From: Escherichia coli
GTDB lineage: Bacteria; Pseudomonadota; Gammaproteobacteria; Enterobacterales; Enterobacteriaceae
Reading direction: 5' to 3' (one strand)
DNA: 743 nt
Assembly (NCBI RefSeq): GCF_003334335.1
Contig: NZ_QOWQ01000152.1
Part shown: positions 1 to 743 of the stretch, one piece after another
Position numbering within the stretch: position 1 is the first letter of the stretch
How the letters are laid out: each line of letters opens with the position of its first letter
Program-made: the position numbers and the translations under genes
The notes under the pieces: generated by a model
What the model was told of the DNA's origin: nothing
The model's database searches: none
What the model saw: the letters and a program-made list of their open reading frames with translations, nothing else

Positions 1-464
1 GGTAACGCAACACCTGCTGGCTGAGGAAAGGCTTTACCATCGGTTTCCGCTACGGATGCAGCTTCCGGCTCTGCCGGTAAATCAGCGCCCGGTATGCAGT
101 AACGAAATTTACCACCCTGATTCACGCGAATCAGACGCCCTTTGCTGATTGCCATGGCCAGCGATGAATTCGCCCGGCGGGAGGTAATCCCGAACATCAG
201 TGCCAGCTCATCCGCCGTTTGTGGGCCATGTTGTTCAATCGCCTCAGTCAGCATTTGCGCTGTCACTTTCGGTACCGGTGACACCGGTTCACTTTCACCA
301 GCCTGAATCAGCCACCACATCGAACCCTTGTTATCCGCTTCACCGCGGCGCTTCAGTTTCCACAGTTCGTTGACCGCATCTTCACGGCTGATTCCAAGGC
401 GGGCCGCCACTACCTGTGAAGAGGCTCTTTTCAGTGCTTTCAGTGCGTCAAATACGGTTTCCAT
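1..464 (-). CDS. Partial CDS: start codon in window, 3' end runs off at position 1. Hypothetical protein with two tandem winged-helix-like segments; putative DNA-binding regulator, family not recognised.
   Basis: Hand translation of the reverse complement from ATG at 464..462 gives 154 codons with no stop to the window edge: [160 protein letters not shown] Shine-Dalgarno lies 7 nt upstream of the ATG. Codon usage is rich in CTG, GCG, CCG, GAA and AAA. The product call is inference from sequence pattern only. Confidence 0.8.
   Translation of the reverse strand, partial: METVFDALKALKRASSQVVAARLGISREDAVNELWKLKRRGEADNKGSMWWLIQAGESEPVSPVPKVTAQMLTEAIEQHGPQTADELALMFGITSRRANSSLAMAISKGRLIRVNQGGKFRYCIPGADLPAEPEAASVAETDGKAFPQPAGVAL
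263..296. repeat. 15-bp palindrome (ACCGGTG-a-CACCGGT, 274..288) flanked by 8-bp direct repeats (tcactttc at 263..270 and 289..296)
   Basis: Read directly. The palindrome has 7-bp arms around a single central base, with GGTACC overlapping at 271..276. The whole structure lies inside the downstream CDS, in the segment encoding [12 protein letters not shown] between the two winged-helix-like segments. Confidence 0.85.
429..446. repeat. Perfect tandem duplication of a 9-bp unit (plus strand tttcagtgc x2)
   Basis: Read directly: 429..437 and 438..446 are both tttcagtgc. On the minus strand this is GCA CTG AAA twice, encoding ALK-ALK at residues 7..12 of the downstream CDS. Confidence 0.9.
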
Positions 465-471
465 TAAAATT

Positions 472-477
472 TCCTCC
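472..477 (-). promoter_or_regulatory. Shine-Dalgarno / ribosome-binding site for the downstream CDS
   Basis: Plus-strand tcctcc at 472..477 reads GGAGGA on the minus strand, with a 7-nt AU-rich spacer (AAUUUUA) before the ATG at 464..462. Confidence 0.75.
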
Positions 478-497
478 GACAAAATCGTTTCTCAGAT

Positions 498-737
498 TCA
501 AATAAAACCAGCTGCCTTCCGGCGTTCGTATTCCTGTTTCAGCCGTTCAATTGGCGTTGGCCCTTGCGGGTGTTTCGCCCCTTCCAGTTGTCGTCGCACT
601 GGCGGAACACTCATCCCGTTACCAACATGCTTTGCCCATTTCGTCAGTTGCCGTTCCGCAAGTCGTTTTAACTCACCCTGCGTCATCTGGCGCTCAATCC
701 CTCTGGTACGCATTTCGAGGCAGATGTGGTACAGCAC
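498..737 (-). CDS. Hypothetical small basic protein (79 aa as given by the ORF track, using GTG at 737..735). Start is uncertain and the frame remains open to the window edge at 743.
   Basis: Supplied ORF track; my re-translation matches it, with TGA stop at 500..498. Net charge is strongly basic (about 16 K/R against 8 D/E). Codon usage is mostly enterobacterial with some rare codons (AGA, GGG, CGA). Alternative in-frame ATG starts are at 713..711 and 686..684; none has a convincing Shine-Dalgarno (AGAGGG sits about 12 nt upstream of the ATG at 686). Codons 740..738 (P) and 743..741 (Q) are in frame with no stop, so the gene may start beyond the window. Confidence 0.55.
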   Translation of the reverse strand: MLYHICLEMRTRGIERQMTQGELKRLAERQLTKWAKHVGNGMSVPPVRRQLEGAKHPQGPTPIERLKQEYERRKAAGFI

Positions 738-743
738 AGGCTG

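Noticed and set aside
152-288. Restriction-site palindromes (CCATGG 152..157, GAATTC 166..171, GGTACC 271..276, ACCGGT 274..279 and 283..288) as meaningful features
   Set aside because: Hexamer palindromes occur by chance at this density; only the extended 15-bp palindrome with flanking direct repeats is reported.
465-497. Rho-independent terminator between the two genes
   Set aside because: The 33-bp spacer is AT-rich and contains only the Shine-Dalgarno; there is no GC-rich inverted repeat followed by a U-tract.
501-550. Internal sigma70 promoter for the downstream gene within the 3' end of the small ORF (minus-strand TTGAAC at 550..545)
   Set aside because: It matches only 4 of 6 positions of the -35 consensus and has no convincing -10 hexamer at 16-18 bp spacing. 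The AT-rich stretch near 501..510 is too close to the Shine-Dalgarno to serve as a promoter I can defend.
1-737. Assigning specific names (e.g. AlpA-like regulator, excisionase, Icd-like, PerC-like) to either protein
   Set aside because: I cannot match either sequence to a family signature from memory with confidence; a name would be a guess. Both are left as hypothetical pending a profile search.
1-743. Possible plus-strand coding regions antisense to the two genes
   Set aside because: Plus-strand frames are interrupted by stops (e.g. TGA at 22..24 and TAA at 100..102 in frame 1, TAA at 2..4 in frame 3). The ORF track reports nothing on the plus strand, and the minus-strand frames have the expected codon usage.
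1-743. CRISPR array, tRNA, rRNA or insertion-sequence termini
   Set aside because: There is no repeat-spacer periodicity, no tRNA-like cloverleaf segment, and no terminal inverted repeats or transposase-like ORF; the only repeats are the short ones listed under features.

Overview
This 743-bp window (about 54% GC by manual count, Enterobacteriaceae-like codon usage) holds two co-directional minus-strand genes that are probably co-transcribed. The upstream one is a small basic ORF (498..737 in the supplied track); its frame is still open at the window edge, so its true start is unresolved. The downstream gene starts at ATG 464..462 behind a strong Shine-Dalgarno (GGAGGA, 472..477) and runs off the window at position 1 with no stop (154 codons visible; I translated it by hand because the ORF track omits it). 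The 33-bp spacer has no terminator hairpin. The downstream protein shows two internally similar segments of roughly 55 aa that look like tandem winged-helix DNA-binding domains, followed by a Pro/Ala/Glu-rich linker, so more protein probably lies beyond the window. I do not recognise either protein as a named family, and I see no RNA genes, CRISPR or mobile-element termini. Nothing here demonstrates a novel system on its own; the most I can support is a regulatory-looking two-gene module of the kind seen in accessory or mobile regions, plus two sequence-level oddities (a palindrome with flanking direct repeats, and a 9-bp tandem duplication).
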